From: an uncultured bacterium
Lineage (GTDB): Bacteria; Sysuimicrobiota; Sysuimicrobiia; Sysuimicrobiales; Humicultoraceae
Length of the DNA: 62,805 nt
Direction of reading: 5' to 3'
Assembly (NCBI GenBank): GCA_964526945.1
Contig: CAZGNA010000001.1
Coordinates: 1-62,805, forward strand
Below the pieces are notes generated by a model, which did no database searches, was not told the DNA's origin, and saw only the letters and a program-made list of their open reading frames with translations. The position numbers and the translations under genes were made by a program. The stretch's first letter is position 1; each line of letters begins with the position of its first letter. This document shows, one piece after another, positions 18,954-30,545 of the stretch.

Positions 18954-19307
18954 ATGCGGATCCGGGTGATGCGGGAGACCAGGCCGGTGTACGTCATCAG
19001 CGTGGCCGCGGAGATCTGCGGGCTGCACCCGCGCACCCTGCGGATCTACGAGGAGAAAGGGCTCCTCCACCCGGCGCGGCGGAACCGGATCCGGCTGTAC
19101 TCGGAGCACGACATCGAGCGGGTACGGCTGATCCGCCAGCTGATCGAGCACCACCGGTTGAACCTCGCGGGGGTGCGGCTGGTGCTGGAGATGCTCGAGC
19201 GGCTGGAGGCGCGGGTGGGTGCCGCCGCGCCGGGGCAGCGGGGGCAGGACGGTGACATCGTGCGATGGCTGGTAGAACGACTACTCGAAGGAGGGCGAGG
19301 ACGATGA
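18954..19307 (+). CDS. hspR: MerR-family heat-shock regulator, HspR-like
   Basis: PVYVISVAAEICGLHPRTLRIYEEKGLLHPARRN.IRLYSEHDIERVRLI is present. ATG at 18954 has GGTGGAGAA upstream. The ORF-track start at 18915 lacks an SD. Confidence 0.75.
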   Translation: MRIRVMRETRPVYVISVAAEICGLHPRTLRIYEEKGLLHPARRNRIRLYSEHDIERVRLIRQLIEHHRLNLAGVRLVLEMLERLEARVGAAAPGQRGQDGDIVRWLVERLLEGGRGR

Positions 19308-19753
19308 GCCTGATGCGGTGGGATCCGTTCGACGACCTGATGTCGCTGCGGGAGTCGATGGACCGCCTGTTCGAGGACTTCTTCGGACAGCGGCGCACCC
19401 GGCGCGCCATGGTGCCGGCGATCTGGGAGCCCGCCGTCGAGGTCTACGAGACGGACACCGAGGTCGTGGCAAAGGTCGAGCTGCCTGGCCTCGATCCCAA
19501 GAACGTTGAGGTGACGGTGACGCCGGAGGGGCTGAGCATCAAGGGTGAGCACAAGGCCGAGCAGGAGGAGAAGGGCCGGAACTACTACCGCCGCGAACTG
19601 CGGTACGGGGCGTTCCAGCGCTTGATCCCGCTGCCGGGCGAGGTGAAGAGCGAAGAGGCCAAGGCGACGTTCCGTCACGGCATCCTGGAGGTGCGGGTGC
19701 CGAAGTCGGAGCGGGCGCGGCCCAAGACGGTCAAGGTCGAGGTGGCGTCGTAA
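19304..19753 (+). CDS. Hsp20/alpha-crystallin small heat-shock protein
   Basis: MSLMRWDPFDDLMSLRESMDRLFEDFF...AFQRLIPLPGEV...A.F.HGILEVRVPK is present. ATG at 19304 overlaps the hspR stop (ATGA), with GAAGGAGGG upstream. Confidence 0.9.
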   Translation: MSLMRWDPFDDLMSLRESMDRLFEDFFGQRRTRRAMVPAIWEPAVEVYETDTEVVAKVELPGLDPKNVEVTVTPEGLSIKGEHKAEQEEKGRNYYRRELRYGAFQRLIPLPGEVKSEEAKATFRHGILEVRVPKSERARPKTVKVEVAS

Positions 19754-19922
19754 CCTTGTCGGTGGGCGCGGCGGCGTCCGGTGTGGGACTGCAGGAGACG
19801 GGCCGACCGGACGGCGCCGGTGAGCGGTCGTCGGCGGGTGCATGACGCAGTGATCAGAGAGGTGCCGGGCGGCGTGCCCTGCACGAGGGCCTGCCGCCCC
19901 GGTACCGCAGGGGGAGTGAGCA

Positions 19923-21824
19923 ATGGGCAGGGTCGTGGGAATCGATCTGGGCACGACGAACTCGGTCATCGCCCACGTGGTGGGCGGCGAGCCGCAGGTG
20001 ATCGCCAACGCCGAGGGCAGCCGGCTTACGCCCTCGGTGGTGGCCTTCACCAAGACCGGCGAGCGTCTGGTCGGCCAGATGGCCAAGCGCCAGGCGATCC
20101 TGAACCCCGAGAACACGGTCTACTCCATCAAGCGGTTCATGGGTCGCCGGTACGCCGAGGTCGAGACCGAGCGCAAGATGGTGCCCTACAAGGTCGAAGA
20201 GGGGCAGAACGGCATGGCGGTGGTGCGCATCCCGGCCGCCGGGCGGACGTTCACGCCGGAGGAGATCTCGGCGATGATCCTCCAGAAACTCAAGACCGAC
20301 GCCGAGGCGGTGCTGGGCGAGAAGGTGACCGAGGCGGTCATCACGGTGCCCGCGTACTTCAACGATGCGCAGCGGACCGCCACCAAGAACGCCGGCGAGA
20401 TCGCGGGGCTGAAGGTCCTGCGCATCATCAACGAGCCTACGGCCGCCTGCCTGGCCTACGGCCTGGACAAGAAGGGCGCGGAGACGGTGCTGGTCTTCGA
20501 TCTGGGCGGGGGCACCTTCGACGTCTCGATCCTGGAGATCGGCGAAGGGGTCTTCGAGGTGAAGGCCACCAGCGGCGACACCCACCTGGGCGGCGACGAC
20601 TGGGACGAGCGCATCGTGAACTGGCTGGCCGACGAGTTCAAGAAGCAGCAGGGGATCGACCTGCGCCACGACCGCCAGGCGCTCCAGCGGCTGCGGGAGG
20701 CGGCCGAGCGCGCCAAGGTGGAGCTGTCGACCGTGGTCCAGACCACGATCAACCTGCCCTTCATCACCGCCGACGCCACCGGCCCCAAGCACCTGGACAT
20801 GGTGCTGACCCGGGCGAAGTTCGAGGAGCTCACGGCCGACCTGGTCGAGCGCTGCATCGGGCCTTTCAAGCAGGCCCTGGCCGACGCCAAGATGACCGAG
20901 AAGGACATCGACGAGGTCATCCTGGTGGGCGGAGCCACCCGCATGCCCATGATCCAGGAGCTGGTCCGGCGCCTGACGGGGAAGGAGCCCAACCGCGAGG
21001 TGCACCCCGACGAGGTGGTGGCGGTGGGGGCGGCGATCCAGGCCGGCGTGCTGGCGGGGCAGGTCCGCGAGGTGGTGCTGCTGGACGTGACGCCGCTGTC
21101 GCTGGGCGTGGAGACCCTGGGCGGCGTGATGACCACGCTGATCCCCCGCAACACGACGATCCCCACCCGCAAGAGCGAGACGTTCACCACGGCCGCCGAC
21201 GGCCAGACGCAGGTGGAGATCCACGTGCTGCAGGGCGAGCGGCCCATGGCGCGCGATAACCGCACGCTGGGGCGCTTCATCCTCGACGGGATCCCGCCGG
21301 CGCCGCGGGGGGTGCCGCAGATCGAGGTGACGTTCGACATCGACGCCAACGGCATCCTGAACGTCACGGCCAAGGACAAGGCCACGGGCCGCGAGCAGTC
21401 CATCAAGATCACCGGCACCTCGACCCTCTCGAAGGACGAGGTCGAGAAGATGGTCAAGGAGGCCGAGCGCTTCGCCGAGGAGGATCGCCGGAAGCGCGAG
21501 GCGGCCGAGGCGCGCAACCGCGGCGACTCGGTGCTCTACCAGGTCGAGAAGCTGCTGCGCGAGCACGGCGACAAGGTCTCGGCCGACGAGCGTGCCCGTG
21601 TGGAGCAGGCGCTGGGGGAGCTGCGCGAGGCGTTGAAGGGCGACGACATTGCGCGCATCACGCGCGCCGCGGACGCCGTGCAGCAGGCCTCGTACAAGCT
21701 GAGCGAGGCCATGTACAAGGCGACGGCGGGCGCCCCGACCGGCGCGGGCGGGCCGACGGGCGGGCCTGCCGGCAAGCCCGGCGGTGACGACGTGATCGAC
21801 GCCGAGTACAAGCCGACGTCGTAG
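19923..21824 (+). CDS. dnaK: molecular chaperone DnaK (Hsp70)
   Basis: [17 protein letters not shown]..., [12 protein letters not shown] and the full-length pattern are present. Confidence 0.98.
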   Translation: MGRVVGIDLGTTNSVIAHVVGGEPQVIANAEGSRLTPSVVAFTKTGERLVGQMAKRQAILNPENTVYSIKRFMGRRYAEVETERKMVPYKVEEGQNGMAVVRIPAAGRTFTPEEISAMILQKLKTDAEAVLGEKVTEAVITVPAYFNDAQRTATKNAGEIAGLKVLRIINEPTAACLAYGLDKKGAETVLVFDLGGGTFDVSILEIGEGVFEVKATSGDTHLGGDDWDERIVNWLADEFKKQQGIDLRHDRQALQRLREAAERAKVELSTVVQTTINLPFITADATGPKHLDMVLTRAKFEELTADLVERCIGPFKQALADAKMTEKDIDEVILVGGATRMPMIQELVRRLTGKEPNREVHPDEVVAVGAAIQAGVLAGQVREVVLLDVTPLSLGVETLGGVMTTLIPRNTTIPTRKSETFTTAADGQTQVEIHVLQGERPMARDNRTLGRFILDGIPPAPRGVPQIEVTFDIDANGILNVTAKDKATGREQSIKITGTSTLSKDEVEKMVKEAERFAEEDRRKREAAEARNRGDSVLYQVEKLLREHGDKVSADERARVEQALGELREALKGDDIARITRAADAVQQASYKLSEAMYKATAGAPTGAGGPTGGPAGKPGGDDVIDAEYKPTS

Positions 21825-21833
21825 GCAGGACCG

Positions 21834-22499
21834 ATGGACAGGGAACGGACGATCAACGGCGAGGTCGCAGGCGACGAGCGCCCGTCGGCGCCCCACGAGG
21901 CGCAGGCGACCACGCGCACCGGGGAGCCCGAGTCCCAGGTCCCGGGGGCAGCGGCGGCCGGGGACGTCGCGGAGGGCGAGACGGCTGCCGGTGAGGAGGA
22001 GGCCGTGTCCGCGCGCGACCAGGAGGTGGCGGCCTTGCGAGAGCAGGTCGCCCGGCTGACCGAGGAGGCCGAGCGCAACTGGCAGCAGTTCCTGCGGACG
22101 GCCGCCGACCTCGAGAACTACCGAAAGCACGCCGCCCGGCAGCGGGAGGAAGCGGTCGCCACCACCCGGCGGGCCCTGCTGCGGGTCGTGCTGGGGGTGG
22201 TCGACACGCTGGAGCGCGCCCTGCAGCACGCCAGCGAGGGCGCGGGCGAGGCGAACGCGGCTGCCATTCTCGACGGGATCCGCCTGGCGCACCGCGAGGT
22301 GCTCGAGACGCTGCGCGGCATGAACGTGCGCCCTATCGATGCCGTGGGGCAGCCGTTCGATCCGCGCGTGCACGAAGCGGTCGAGGCCGTGGCATCCGAC
22401 GACCAGACGCCCGCGGGCACGGTGGTCGGTGAGGTGCAGCGGGGGTACATGATGGGCGACGAGGTCTTGCGGCCGGCCAGGGTGCGGGTGGCGCAGTAG
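21834..22499 (+). CDS. grpE: nucleotide exchange factor GrpE
   Basis: NYRKHAARQREEA...FDPRVHEAV...V..V.QRGY..GD.VLRPA.V.VAQ is present, and it sits directly after dnaK. Confidence 0.95.
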   Translation: MDRERTINGEVAGDERPSAPHEAQATTRTGEPESQVPGAAAAGDVAEGETAAGEEEAVSARDQEVAALREQVARLTEEAERNWQQFLRTAADLENYRKHAARQREEAVATTRRALLRVVLGVVDTLERALQHASEGAGEANAAAILDGIRLAHREVLETLRGMNVRPIDAVGQPFDPRVHEAVEAVASDDQTPAGTVVGEVQRGYMMGDEVLRPARVRVAQ

Positions 22500-22525
22500 T
22501 CGTGCCCCGGCGCCCAGGGTGAGCC

Positions 22526-23506
22526 ATGGAGTTCAAGGACTACTACAAGATCCTGGGCGTCGACCGGCGGGCCGATCAGAAGGCGATCAGCCAGGCGTTC
22601 CGCCGCCTGGCGCGTCAGTACCACCCGGACGTCAACAAATCGAAGGGCGCCGAGGACCGCTTCAAGGAGATCAACGAGGCCTATCAGGTCCTGAGCGACC
22701 CGCAGAAGCGGGCCCAGTACGACCAGATCTACGACGCATACCAGTCCGGGGTGCCGCTGCACGACCTGTTCGGGCGCATGGGCGGCGCGCGCACGTGGGC
22801 GGGCCCCGGCGGGTTCACCGTGACCGTCGGCGGCGAGAACCTGGAGGACCTGCTCGGCGGCACCCTGGGCGGGTTCTCGGAGTTCTTCCGCGCGTTCTTC
22901 GGCGACCTGGGCGGTCTGGGCGGGTTCGGCCGGCCCGGCCGGGCCGGACGTGCGGCCGAGGCGTGGGACCAGGTTCAGCCCACGGGGCCCACGGCGGGCG
23001 CACGACCGGCGGAACACCGTGGCACGCTGACCCTCACCCTCGAGGAGGTACTCCACGGGGCCCGGCGGCGCATCCGGCTGCCGGACGGCAGGCAGGTCGA
23101 GGTGCAGGTGCCGCCGGGAGTGCGGGCGGGTCAGACCATCCGCCTGCCCGGTGCTGCCGGCGGGCAGGACGTGTACCTGACGGTCGAGGTGGCCCCCCAC
23201 CAGGTCTTCGAGCGCACGGGCGACGACCTGGTGGTGGACGTCTCGGTGCCGTTCGTCGACGCCGCGCTGGGCGGCCAGGTCGAGGTGCCCACGCTGGAGG
23301 GCAGGATGGTGGTGACGGTCCCGCCCGGGACGCAGTCGGGCCAGCGGCTGCGGCTGCGCGGGCAGGGGTTGCCCCGGGCACAGGGGGGCCGGGGCGACCT
23401 GTACGCCCGCGTGAAGGTTGCCGTGCCCACGACGCTGTCACCCCGGGAGCGGGCGCTGCTGGAGGAACTGCGACGGCTGCAGCGTGAGCCGTCGCGGAAG
23501 GTCTGA
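22526..23506 (+). CDS. dnaJ: J-domain co-chaperone, DnaJ/CbpA type without zinc-finger domain
   Basis: The J domain DYYKILGV...YHPDVNK is followed by a G/F-rich linker and C-terminal substrate-binding domains. No CxxCxGxG repeats are present. Confidence 0.9.
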   Translation: MEFKDYYKILGVDRRADQKAISQAFRRLARQYHPDVNKSKGAEDRFKEINEAYQVLSDPQKRAQYDQIYDAYQSGVPLHDLFGRMGGARTWAGPGGFTVTVGGENLEDLLGGTLGGFSEFFRAFFGDLGGLGGFGRPGRAGRAAEAWDQVQPTGPTAGARPAEHRGTLTLTLEEVLHGARRRIRLPDGRQVEVQVPPGVRAGQTIRLPGAAGGQDVYLTVEVAPHQVFERTGDDLVVDVSVPFVDAALGGQVEVPTLEGRMVVTVPPGTQSGQRLRLRGQGLPRAQGGRGDLYARVKVAVPTTLSPRERALLEELRRLQREPSRKV

Positions 23507-23538
23507 GAGAGACGGAAAGCCTGAAAGAGGGACGGGAG

Positions 23539-26169
23539 ATGGCGATGCGATTCGATCGGTTGACTGAAAAGGCGCAGGAGGCGTTGCTGACGGCGCAGCA
23601 GGAGGCGACGACACGGGGACACCAGGCGCCGGACCCGGAGCACCTGTTGCTGGCCCTGGCCACGCAACCGGACGGGCTGGTGCCGCGTATCCTGGCCAAG
23701 CTGTCCGTGGACCCGCGCGTGCTGCGCACCCGGCTGGTCCACGGGCTCGATCGTCGTCCCCGCGTGGTCGGGGGGGCTGCGCCCGCGGGGGGCATCGCGC
23801 TGACCCCGCGGCTGGCCCGCGTGCTGGAGGCCGCGCAGCGCGAGGCGGACCGGTTGAAGGACGACTACGTCAGCACCGAGCACCTGCTGCTGGGGCTGGC
23901 GCAGGACGCCGACGGCGAGGCGGTCGCGCTGCTGCGCGAGGCGGGCGTCACCGTGGACCGCATCTACCAGGCGCTGGAGGAGATCCGGGGCGCGCAACGG
24001 GTCACCGATCCCCATCCGGAGAGCAAGTACCAGGCGCTGGAGCGCTACGGCCGCGACCTGACGCAGCTGGCGGCGGCGGGCAAGCTCGACCCCGTCATCG
24101 GCCGGGACGAGGAGATCCGCCGGGTGATCCAGATCCTGGCCCGGCGCACCAAGAACAACCCGGTGCTCATCGGCGATCCGGGCGTGGGGAAGACGGCCAT
24201 CGTCGAAGGGCTGGCGCAGCGCATCGTCCGCGGCGACGTGCCGGAAGGGCTCAAGCACAAGCGCGTGATCCAGCTGGACATGGGCGCGCTCGTGGCGGGC
24301 ACCAAGTACCGCGGGGAGTTCGAGGACCGCCTGAAGGCCGTGTTGCGCGAGATCGCCGCCGCCGAGGGGCAGATCATCCTGTTCATCGACGAGCTCCACA
24401 CGGTGGTGGGCGCGGGCGCGGCCGAGGGCGCCATCGACGCGGCCAACCTCCTCAAGCCCATGCTGGCCCGGGGCGAGCTGCACGCCATTGGGGCCACCAC
24501 CCTCGACGAGTACCGCAAGCACATCGAGAAGGACGCAGCGCTGGAGCGCCGCTTCCAGCCGGTCTACGTCGGCGAGCCGTCGGTGGAAGAGACCATCAGC
24601 ATCCTGCGCGGGCTCAGGGAGCGGTACGAGGTGCACCACGGCGTACGCATCGCCGACTCGGCGGTGGTGGCGGCCGCGACGCTGTCGGACCGGTACATCA
24701 GCGGGCGCTTCCTGCCCGACAAGGCCATCGACCTCATCGACGAAGCCGCCAGTCGTCTGCGCATGGAGATCGACAGCAAGCCCGCCGAGCTCGACGAGGT
24801 CGATCGGCGGATCATGCAACTGGAGATCGAGCGGGAGGCGTTGCGTCGGGAGACCGACCCGGCCAGCCGCGAGCGGCTGCAGCGGCTGGAGGAGGAGCTG
24901 GCGGGGCTGCGCGAGCAGTCGGAGGCGCTGCGCCGCCAGTGGGAGCAGGAGAAGCAGGCCATTCTGGCCATCCGTGCCACCAAGCAAAAGATCGAGGAAG
25001 TCCGCCACCAGATCGAGGAGGCCGAGCGCCGGGCCGACCTGGAGCGGGCGGCGCGGCTGCGGTACGGCGAGCTGCCCGACCTGGAGCGTCAGCTGCGGGC
25101 CCAGGAGGAGCAGCTGCGGCAGGTGCAGGCCCACGGGCGGCTGCTCAACGAGGAAGTGACGGCCGACGAGATCGCGGAGGTCGTGGCCCGCTGGACGGGG
25201 ATTCCGGTGCAGCGGTTGCTGGAGGGCGAGATGGCGAAGCTGCTGCACCTGGAAGCGCGGCTCCACGAGCGGGTGGTCGGGCAGGACGAGGCGGTGGCCG
25301 CGGTGGCCGACGCCATCCGCCGCGCGCGCGCGGGCCTCAAGGATCCGCGCCGGCCCATCGGGTCGTTCCTCTTCCTGGGGCCGACCGGTGTGGGCAAGAC
25401 CGAGCTGGCCCGGGCGCTGGCCGAGGTGCTGTTCGACGACGAGGGCGCCATGGTGCGGCTGGACATGTCCGAGTACCAGGAGCGCCACACCGTCAGCCGC
25501 CTGGTGGGCGCGCCACCCGGGTACGTGGGGTACGAGGAGGGCGGCCAGCTCACCGAGGCCGTGCGACGGCGACCCTACCGCGTGGTGCTGTTCGACGAGA
25601 TCGAGAAGGCGCACCAGGACGTCTTCAACTTGCTGCTGCAGATCATGGACGATGGGCGGTTGACCGACGGGCACGGCCGCACCGTGGACTTCCGGAACAC
25701 GGTGATCATCATGACCAGCAACCTTGGCAGCCGCCACCTCCAGGGGCTCGAGGAGCGAGATCCGGCAGCGTTCGAGATGGCGCGGGTCCTGGTGCTGGGG
25801 GAGTGCCGCAAGGCGTTCCGCCCGGAGTTCCTGAACCGGATCGACGAGATCGTCGTCTTCCGGCCCCTCACGCGCGAGCAGCTGGTGGCGATCGCGGGGC
25901 TGCAGCTGCGACAGCTGGCAGCACGGCTGGCGGCGCAGGGGATCGGGCTGGAGGTGACAGACGCCGCCAAGGCCTGGCTGGCCCGGGAGGGCTACAACCC
26001 CGACTTCGGCGCGCGGCCGCTGCGCCGGCTGATCCAGAAGGAAGTGGAGAACGCCATCGCGCGCGGCCTGCTGGCGGGCGCGTTCCGCCCGGGGCAGACG
26101 GTGGTGGTCGATCTGGAGGGCGAGCGGTTGACGTTCACCGCCCGCGTGCCGGCAGAGGTGGTCTCGTAA
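23539..26169 (+). CDS. clpB: ATP-dependent disaggregase ClpB
   Basis: There are two AAA modules ([15 protein letters not shown] and [12 protein letters not shown]), a long coiled-coil middle domain and a Clp_N N-terminus. Confidence 0.97.
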   Translation: MAMRFDRLTEKAQEALLTAQQEATTRGHQAPDPEHLLLALATQPDGLVPRILAKLSVDPRVLRTRLVHGLDRRPRVVGGAAPAGGIALTPRLARVLEAAQREADRLKDDYVSTEHLLLGLAQDADGEAVALLREAGVTVDRIYQALEEIRGAQRVTDPHPESKYQALERYGRDLTQLAAAGKLDPVIGRDEEIRRVIQILARRTKNNPVLIGDPGVGKTAIVEGLAQRIVRGDVPEGLKHKRVIQLDMGALVAGTKYRGEFEDRLKAVLREIAAAEGQIILFIDELHTVVGAGAAEGAIDAANLLKPMLARGELHAIGATTLDEYRKHIEKDAALERRFQPVYVGEPSVEETISILRGLRERYEVHHGVRIADSAVVAAATLSDRYISGRFLPDKAIDLIDEAASRLRMEIDSKPAELDEVDRRIMQLEIEREALRRETDPASRERLQRLEEELAGLREQSEALRRQWEQEKQAILAIRATKQKIEEVRHQIEEAERRADLERAARLRYGELPDLERQLRAQEEQLRQVQAHGRLLNEEVTADEIAEVVARWTGIPVQRLLEGEMAKLLHLEARLHERVVGQDEAVAAVADAIRRARAGLKDPRRPIGSFLFLGPTGVGKTELARALAEVLFDDEGAMVRLDMSEYQERHTVSRLVGAPPGYVGYEEGGQLTEAVRRRPYRVVLFDEIEKAHQDVFNLLLQIMDDGRLTDGHGRTVDFRNTVIIMTSNLGSRHLQGLEERDPAAFEMARVLVLGECRKAFRPEFLNRIDEIVVFRPLTREQLVAIAGLQLRQLAARLAAQGIGLEVTDAAKAWLAREGYNPDFGARPLRRLIQKEVENAIARGLLAGAFRPGQTVVVDLEGERLTFTARVPAEVVS

Positions 26170-26185
26170 CAGGGAATCGGCACGT

Positions 26186-26215
26186 GCGGCCGCACCGTGA
26201 CCACGGTGCGGCCGC
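26186..26215 (+). terminator. GC-rich hairpin downstream of clpB (no U tract)
   Basis: GCGGCCGCACCG (26186-26197) pairs with CGGTGCGGCCGC (26204-26215), loop TGACCA. It lies 17 nt after the clpB stop. Confidence 0.5.
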
Positions 26216-26349
26216 GCTGCGTCCCGTTGGCGCGCACCCGGCTTCGTGGGCCGGTGCCCGTCGGTTTCCGCCGTCGCCGGGCGTCGCGCTGTGGTGGCCC
26301 CGAGGGGTGGCCAGCCGGTATCTGCGCCGCGGTGGGGTCGTGGTAGCAT

Positions 26350-27882
26350 GTGGGCGAACCAGCCGGCGAACGGGAGGTGGCGTCGATCCTCGAGGTCATC
26401 GTCTTCACCAGCGGGGGCGTGCTGCTGTCGCTGGAGATCATCGCCAGCCGGGTCCTGGCCCCCTACTTCGGCAACTCGATCTACGTCTGGGGGAGCCTGA
26501 TCGGTGTCTTCCTGACGGCGCTGTCCGTCGGCTACGCCGTGGGCGGTCGGCTGGCCGACCGCTTTCCCTCGCCGACGGTGTTCTCCGGGATCGTCTTCCT
26601 GGCGGGGCTGCTCACGGTGCCGATCCCGGTCATGGCCCCCACGGTGCTGGACGCCATCGCCCGGGCCGACTTCGGCCCCCAGCTGAACCCGCTGGTGGGA
26701 GCCACGGTGCTCTTCGTGGTGCCCAGCATCGTGATGGGCATGGTGTCGCCCTTCGCCGTGCGCCTGCGCGCGCGCGCGGTGGCCACCATGGGGCAGACGG
26801 CCGGGTCGCTGTACGCCATCAGCACGGTGGGCTCCATCGTCGGCACGCTGGCGACGTCGTTCGTCCTCATCAACTACCTGGGGGTGCGGGCCATCATCCT
26901 GCTCATGGGCTTCGCGCTCATGGGGATGGCCGTGCTGGGCTGGCTGGTCGGGCGCCGGATGGTGCCGGCGGGCGCGGGCGCCGCGCTGGTGGTGGTGCTG
27001 GTGGGCGGCGTGGCGCGGCCGGAGGCGCTGGCGCCCCCGGTGGTCTACGCGCGGGATACCGTCTACCACCGCATCACGGTCACGGACGAAGGACCGATCC
27101 GGTACCTGAAACTCGACAACTACTGGCAGAGCGCGACCGACCGCGAGCAGCCACGGCGGACCGTGTTCGCCTACGCCGACTACATGCACCTGCCGCTGGT
27201 CTTCGTCGCCGAGCCCCGGCGGGCGTTCCTGATCGGGCTCGGCGGCGGGACCGTCCCGGCCCGCTACGTGGCCGACTACCCGTCGGTCGTGATGACCGTG
27301 GCCGAGCTCGACCCGGAGGTGGTCCGGACGGCGCGCGAGTTCTTCGCCGTGACGCCCGGCGAGCGGCTACGGATCGAAGCGCGCGACGGCCGCCTGCACC
27401 TGCTGCGGCTGGCGGAGCCCCAGGACGTCATCCTCACCGACGCCTACCTGATCGATACCATCCCCTTCCACCTGGCCACCCGCGAGTTCTTCGCGCTGGC
27501 CCGCGCGCGGCTGGCGCCCGGCGGCGTGGTGACGTCCAACATCATTGGCGCGCTGGAGGGCCCCGACAGTCGGCTCTTCCGCGCCATCTACAAGACGATC
27601 CGGCAGGTCTTCCCCACCGTGTACGTGTTCCCCGTGGACTTTGCCCGCTACGGGTCGCCCGCGTCGTTGCGAAACATCGTCGTGGTGGCCACCGCCGCGC
27701 CCCGCTGGTCGGCGGCGGAGGTGCGTCGCCGCGCGCAGACGCTGGCGGCAAGCGGTCGGGTGACGGTCGAGCGCTTCGTGGAGGCGGCGGCCAGCCTCTA
27801 CGAGGTGCCGATTCGAACCGACGATGTCCCGGTGTTGTCCGACGACTTCGCGCCCGTGGATGCCCTCATTCCGCGTCGCTGA
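26350..27882 (+). CDS. membrane-anchored spermidine synthase-like (polyamine aminopropyltransferase family) protein
   Basis: A multi-TM N-terminal half is followed by LIGLGGGTVPARY...VAELDPEVV...DVILTDAY. The start codon is uncertain. Confidence 0.75.
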   Translation: MGEPAGEREVASILEVIVFTSGGVLLSLEIIASRVLAPYFGNSIYVWGSLIGVFLTALSVGYAVGGRLADRFPSPTVFSGIVFLAGLLTVPIPVMAPTVLDAIARADFGPQLNPLVGATVLFVVPSIVMGMVSPFAVRLRARAVATMGQTAGSLYAISTVGSIVGTLATSFVLINYLGVRAIILLMGFALMGMAVLGWLVGRRMVPAGAGAALVVVLVGGVARPEALAPPVVYARDTVYHRITVTDEGPIRYLKLDNYWQSATDREQPRRTVFAYADYMHLPLVFVAEPRRAFLIGLGGGTVPARYVADYPSVVMTVAELDPEVVRTAREFFAVTPGERLRIEARDGRLHLLRLAEPQDVILTDAYLIDTIPFHLATREFFALARARLAPGGVVTSNIIGALEGPDSRLFRAIYKTIRQVFPTVYVFPVDFARYGSPASLRNIVVVATAAPRWSAAEVRRRAQTLAASGRVTVERFVEAAASLYEVPIRTDDVPVLSDDFAPVDALIPRR

Positions 27883-28011
27883 GTCCTCCCTCGACGGGCG
27901 TTGGATGCCCCGGGGGAACGTGGTAGTCCGGGGGGACTCGCTGCACGGCCGGGTGGGCAGAATATCTCTGCGCGGACGGTGTCGCCCCGTCGGAGGGGAG
28001 GTCGCGGCACC

Positions 28012-28248
28012 ATGCCAGTGCTGAAGATCGTCCTCGGCGACGTCGTACGCATGCGCAAGACGCATCCCTGTGGCAGCGACCAGTGGGAGGTCGTGCGGCT
28101 GGGCGCCGACATCGGCATTCGATGCCTCAAGTGTGGACGCCGGGTGTTGATGCCGCGGGTGAAGTTCGAGCGGCGCATCAAGACGTTCGTGCGCCGGGGG
28201 CCGGGTGCGCCTCCGCCCCCGCCCCCCGCCGAGGCGGGGCCCGTGTGA
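28012..28248 (+). CDS. DUF951 family small protein (YyzM-like)
   Basis: [49 protein letters not shown] is present. ATG at 28012 follows GGAGGGGAGG. Confidence 0.75.
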   Translation: MPVLKIVLGDVVRMRKTHPCGSDQWEVVRLGADIGIRCLKCGRRVLMPRVKFERRIKTFVRRGPGAPPPPPPAEAGPV

Positions 28249-30500
28249 CCCCGACCGGTGAGCCGCCGAGAGGGGAGCGTGGGGCGAGGCTCGCGATCGG
28301 CGCGTGCGTCGGCCTCACAGTCCTGCTCGCGGTGCTCGCGCTGGCGGTGCCCAGGGTCCGGGCACCGGCGGCGGTTGCGGCAGCAGGCACCGTGGTCGGC
28401 GCCGCGGTGGTGTACGCGGCGGCGCGCAGAGACCGCATATCCGACCGGACGGCGAGGACAGCGGATACGCTTGCAGCGCGATCGGAACGGCTGCCGGCGG
28501 CTCCTGTCGTGCCGCCGTCCACCCCCGTCCCCCAGCGCCTCCGCCATCTGGAGGCATTGCTCCGGACCGCCCGACACCTGGCGGCTGCGCGCCACCTCCA
28601 CGAGATCTATGGGACTGTCTCCGACACCGCCCGGGAGGTCTTCGGTGCCGCCCGGGTGGCGCTCGTCCATGGCGGCGGTCGGGGCCACCACGCGACGGTG
28701 CTGGCGGACGGCCTCTCGCAGGGACTGGCCCGGGCCCTGGCCGACCACACGGTCGGGGAGGCGGCGCTGTTCGCTCGGGCCACCGATCCCGTGGTGGTGC
28801 CGGTGTTCGGGGACGACCATCGCACAGCGGCGCTGGCGGCGACCGCGGCGGCCGACGGCGTGACCGGTGGCCTGTTCCTCCCCCTGCGGGTCCGGGAGGA
28901 GAGCGTGGGCATGCTCGTCTTCCTCTACGCACGGCACCCCGCGGTCTCTGCAGGGATGCTCGACCTGGCCAGGGAGCTGGCCGACCACGCCGCAGCCGCG
29001 GTGCACCAGACCGCGCTGCTCGCCAAGAGCGTGCGCGAGCGCCGGGAAGCGGCGCTGCTCACCCAGATCCTGCAATCGGTCAGCGGGTCGCTGGAGCCCG
29101 TCGAGGTGCTGACGCGGGCCACCACCGGCATCGCGAGCGTCTCGGGCGCCCTGCGCATCTGCGCGTACCGGGTGCACGGACAGCGGGTCGAAGCGGTGGC
29201 ACAGGCCGGCGCGGCGCCGTCGACCCCTGAGGCCCCGCTGGTGGCCGACCTGCTGGAGCGTGTGGTGCGCACCGGACGGGCGGAGTTCGTGATGGGCTCC
29301 GACGATCCGAAGACCCGTGGCGAAACGCCGGCGACGAGTCGTGCGGCCGTGCCGATTCTGCTGGACGGAGCGCCCGTGGCCGTGCTGGTGGCGGAAGGCA
29401 CCGCGGACCACCCGGTGACGGCGGAGCTGTACGAGCTGCTGGTGGCGCTCGCGCAGCACCTGGTGGTGGCCATGCGCAACGCCGTGCTGTTCGACGAGGT
29501 GCGGCGGGCGCGCGACGAACTGCAGGTCCTCTATGAGGCGGCGCGGGCGGTGAGCGGCACGCTGGACCTGCCGACGCTGCTGGACACGCTGGTGTCGGTG
29601 ACCTGTCGCGTCTTCGGGTACGACCTGGGCGCGCTGCTGCTGGTGGATCGCGAGACGGGGGAACTCGTGGTGGAGGCCGCCTACGGCTACCGGACGTCCG
29701 TGCGCGGGTTGCGGTTGCCACCCGGCACAGGGGTCACGGGCTGGGTGGCGCGCACCGGGACGCCGCTCATCGTCGACGACGTGCAGCAGGATCCCAGGTA
29801 CTACCCCGGCGACGGCCGGACCCGGTCGGAGCTGGCGGTGCCGCTCATCGCCGAGGGCACCGTGCTCGGCGTGCTCAACGTGGAGAGTGGGCGCGTGGCG
29901 GCCTTCGGGCAGCGCGACCTGCAGCTGCTGACCACGGTGGCGTCGTACGCCGTCCTCGCCGTGCAGAACGCCAGGCTGTTCGAGCAGGTGCGCCGGCTGG
30001 CGATCACCGACGGGCTGACCGAACTCTACAACCACCGGTACCTGTACGAAGCCCTGGAGCGGATGATCGAGCGCGCGCGCCGCGACGAACAGCCGCTGTC
30101 GGTGGTCATGCTGGAGATCGACAACTTCAAGCGCTTCAACGACGTGTACGGCCACCGGCGTGGGGACGAGGTGCTGCGCACCGTGGCAATGGTGCTGCGG
30201 CGCGGCAGCCGGCCGTCCGACGTCGTAGCGCGGTATGGCGGCGACGAGTTCATGGTCGTCTTGCCTGGCACCCCCAAGGCAGCGGCCGTCGACACGGCCG
30301 AGCGCCTCCGCCGGAGTGTCGAGCTGCACCCGTTCGCGCTGGGCGACGAGGACGTGGCCTCGGTGACGCTGAGCGTGGGGGTTGCCAGTTTCCCCGTCGA
30401 CGGGCAGACCGTGGACGCCCTGGTCGAGGCCGTAGACCGCGCGCAGTACGCCGCCAAGCGGTCCGGTGGGAACCGGGTGCACGTGGCCCACGGTGCGTGA
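28245..30500 (+). CDS. diguanylate cyclase: N-terminal TM segments, GAF domains, GGDEF domain
   Basis: The C-terminus reads [19 protein letters not shown]...[20 protein letters not shown], with an intact GGDEF and an RxxD I-site 5 residues upstream. GTG at 28245 overlaps the DUF951 stop (GTGA). Confidence 0.85.
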   Translation: MTPTGEPPRGERGARLAIGACVGLTVLLAVLALAVPRVRAPAAVAAAGTVVGAAVVYAAARRDRISDRTARTADTLAARSERLPAAPVVPPSTPVPQRLRHLEALLRTARHLAAARHLHEIYGTVSDTAREVFGAARVALVHGGGRGHHATVLADGLSQGLARALADHTVGEAALFARATDPVVVPVFGDDHRTAALAATAAADGVTGGLFLPLRVREESVGMLVFLYARHPAVSAGMLDLARELADHAAAAVHQTALLAKSVRERREAALLTQILQSVSGSLEPVEVLTRATTGIASVSGALRICAYRVHGQRVEAVAQAGAAPSTPEAPLVADLLERVVRTGRAEFVMGSDDPKTRGETPATSRAAVPILLDGAPVAVLVAEGTADHPVTAELYELLVALAQHLVVAMRNAVLFDEVRRARDELQVLYEAARAVSGTLDLPTLLDTLVSVTCRVFGYDLGALLLVDRETGELVVEAAYGYRTSVRGLRLPPGTGVTGWVARTGTPLIVDDVQQDPRYYPGDGRTRSELAVPLIAEGTVLGVLNVESGRVAAFGQRDLQLLTTVASYAVLAVQNARLFEQVRRLAITDGLTELYNHRYLYEALERMIERARRDEQPLSVVMLEIDNFKRFNDVYGHRRGDEVLRTVAMVLRRGSRPSDVVARYGGDEFMVVLPGTPKAAAVDTAERLRRSVELHPFALGDEDVASVTLSVGVASFPVDGQTVDALVEAVDRAQYAAKRSGGNRVHVAHGA

Positions 30501-30545
30501 GCGGCCCCAGGCGCGGCGCCGCCCGTACCGCGGGGGCGGGCGGCC

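Noticed and set aside
19754-19922. I looked for CIRCE (TTAGCACTC-N9-GAGTGCTAA) or HAIR (CTTGAGT-N7-ACTCAAG) operators upstream of dnaK. I also looked in the 32-nt gap upstream of clpB (23507-23538).
   Set aside because: No match to either consensus. Only a GC-rich imperfect stem is present (GGGCGGC...GCCGCCC), which I cannot assign a function.
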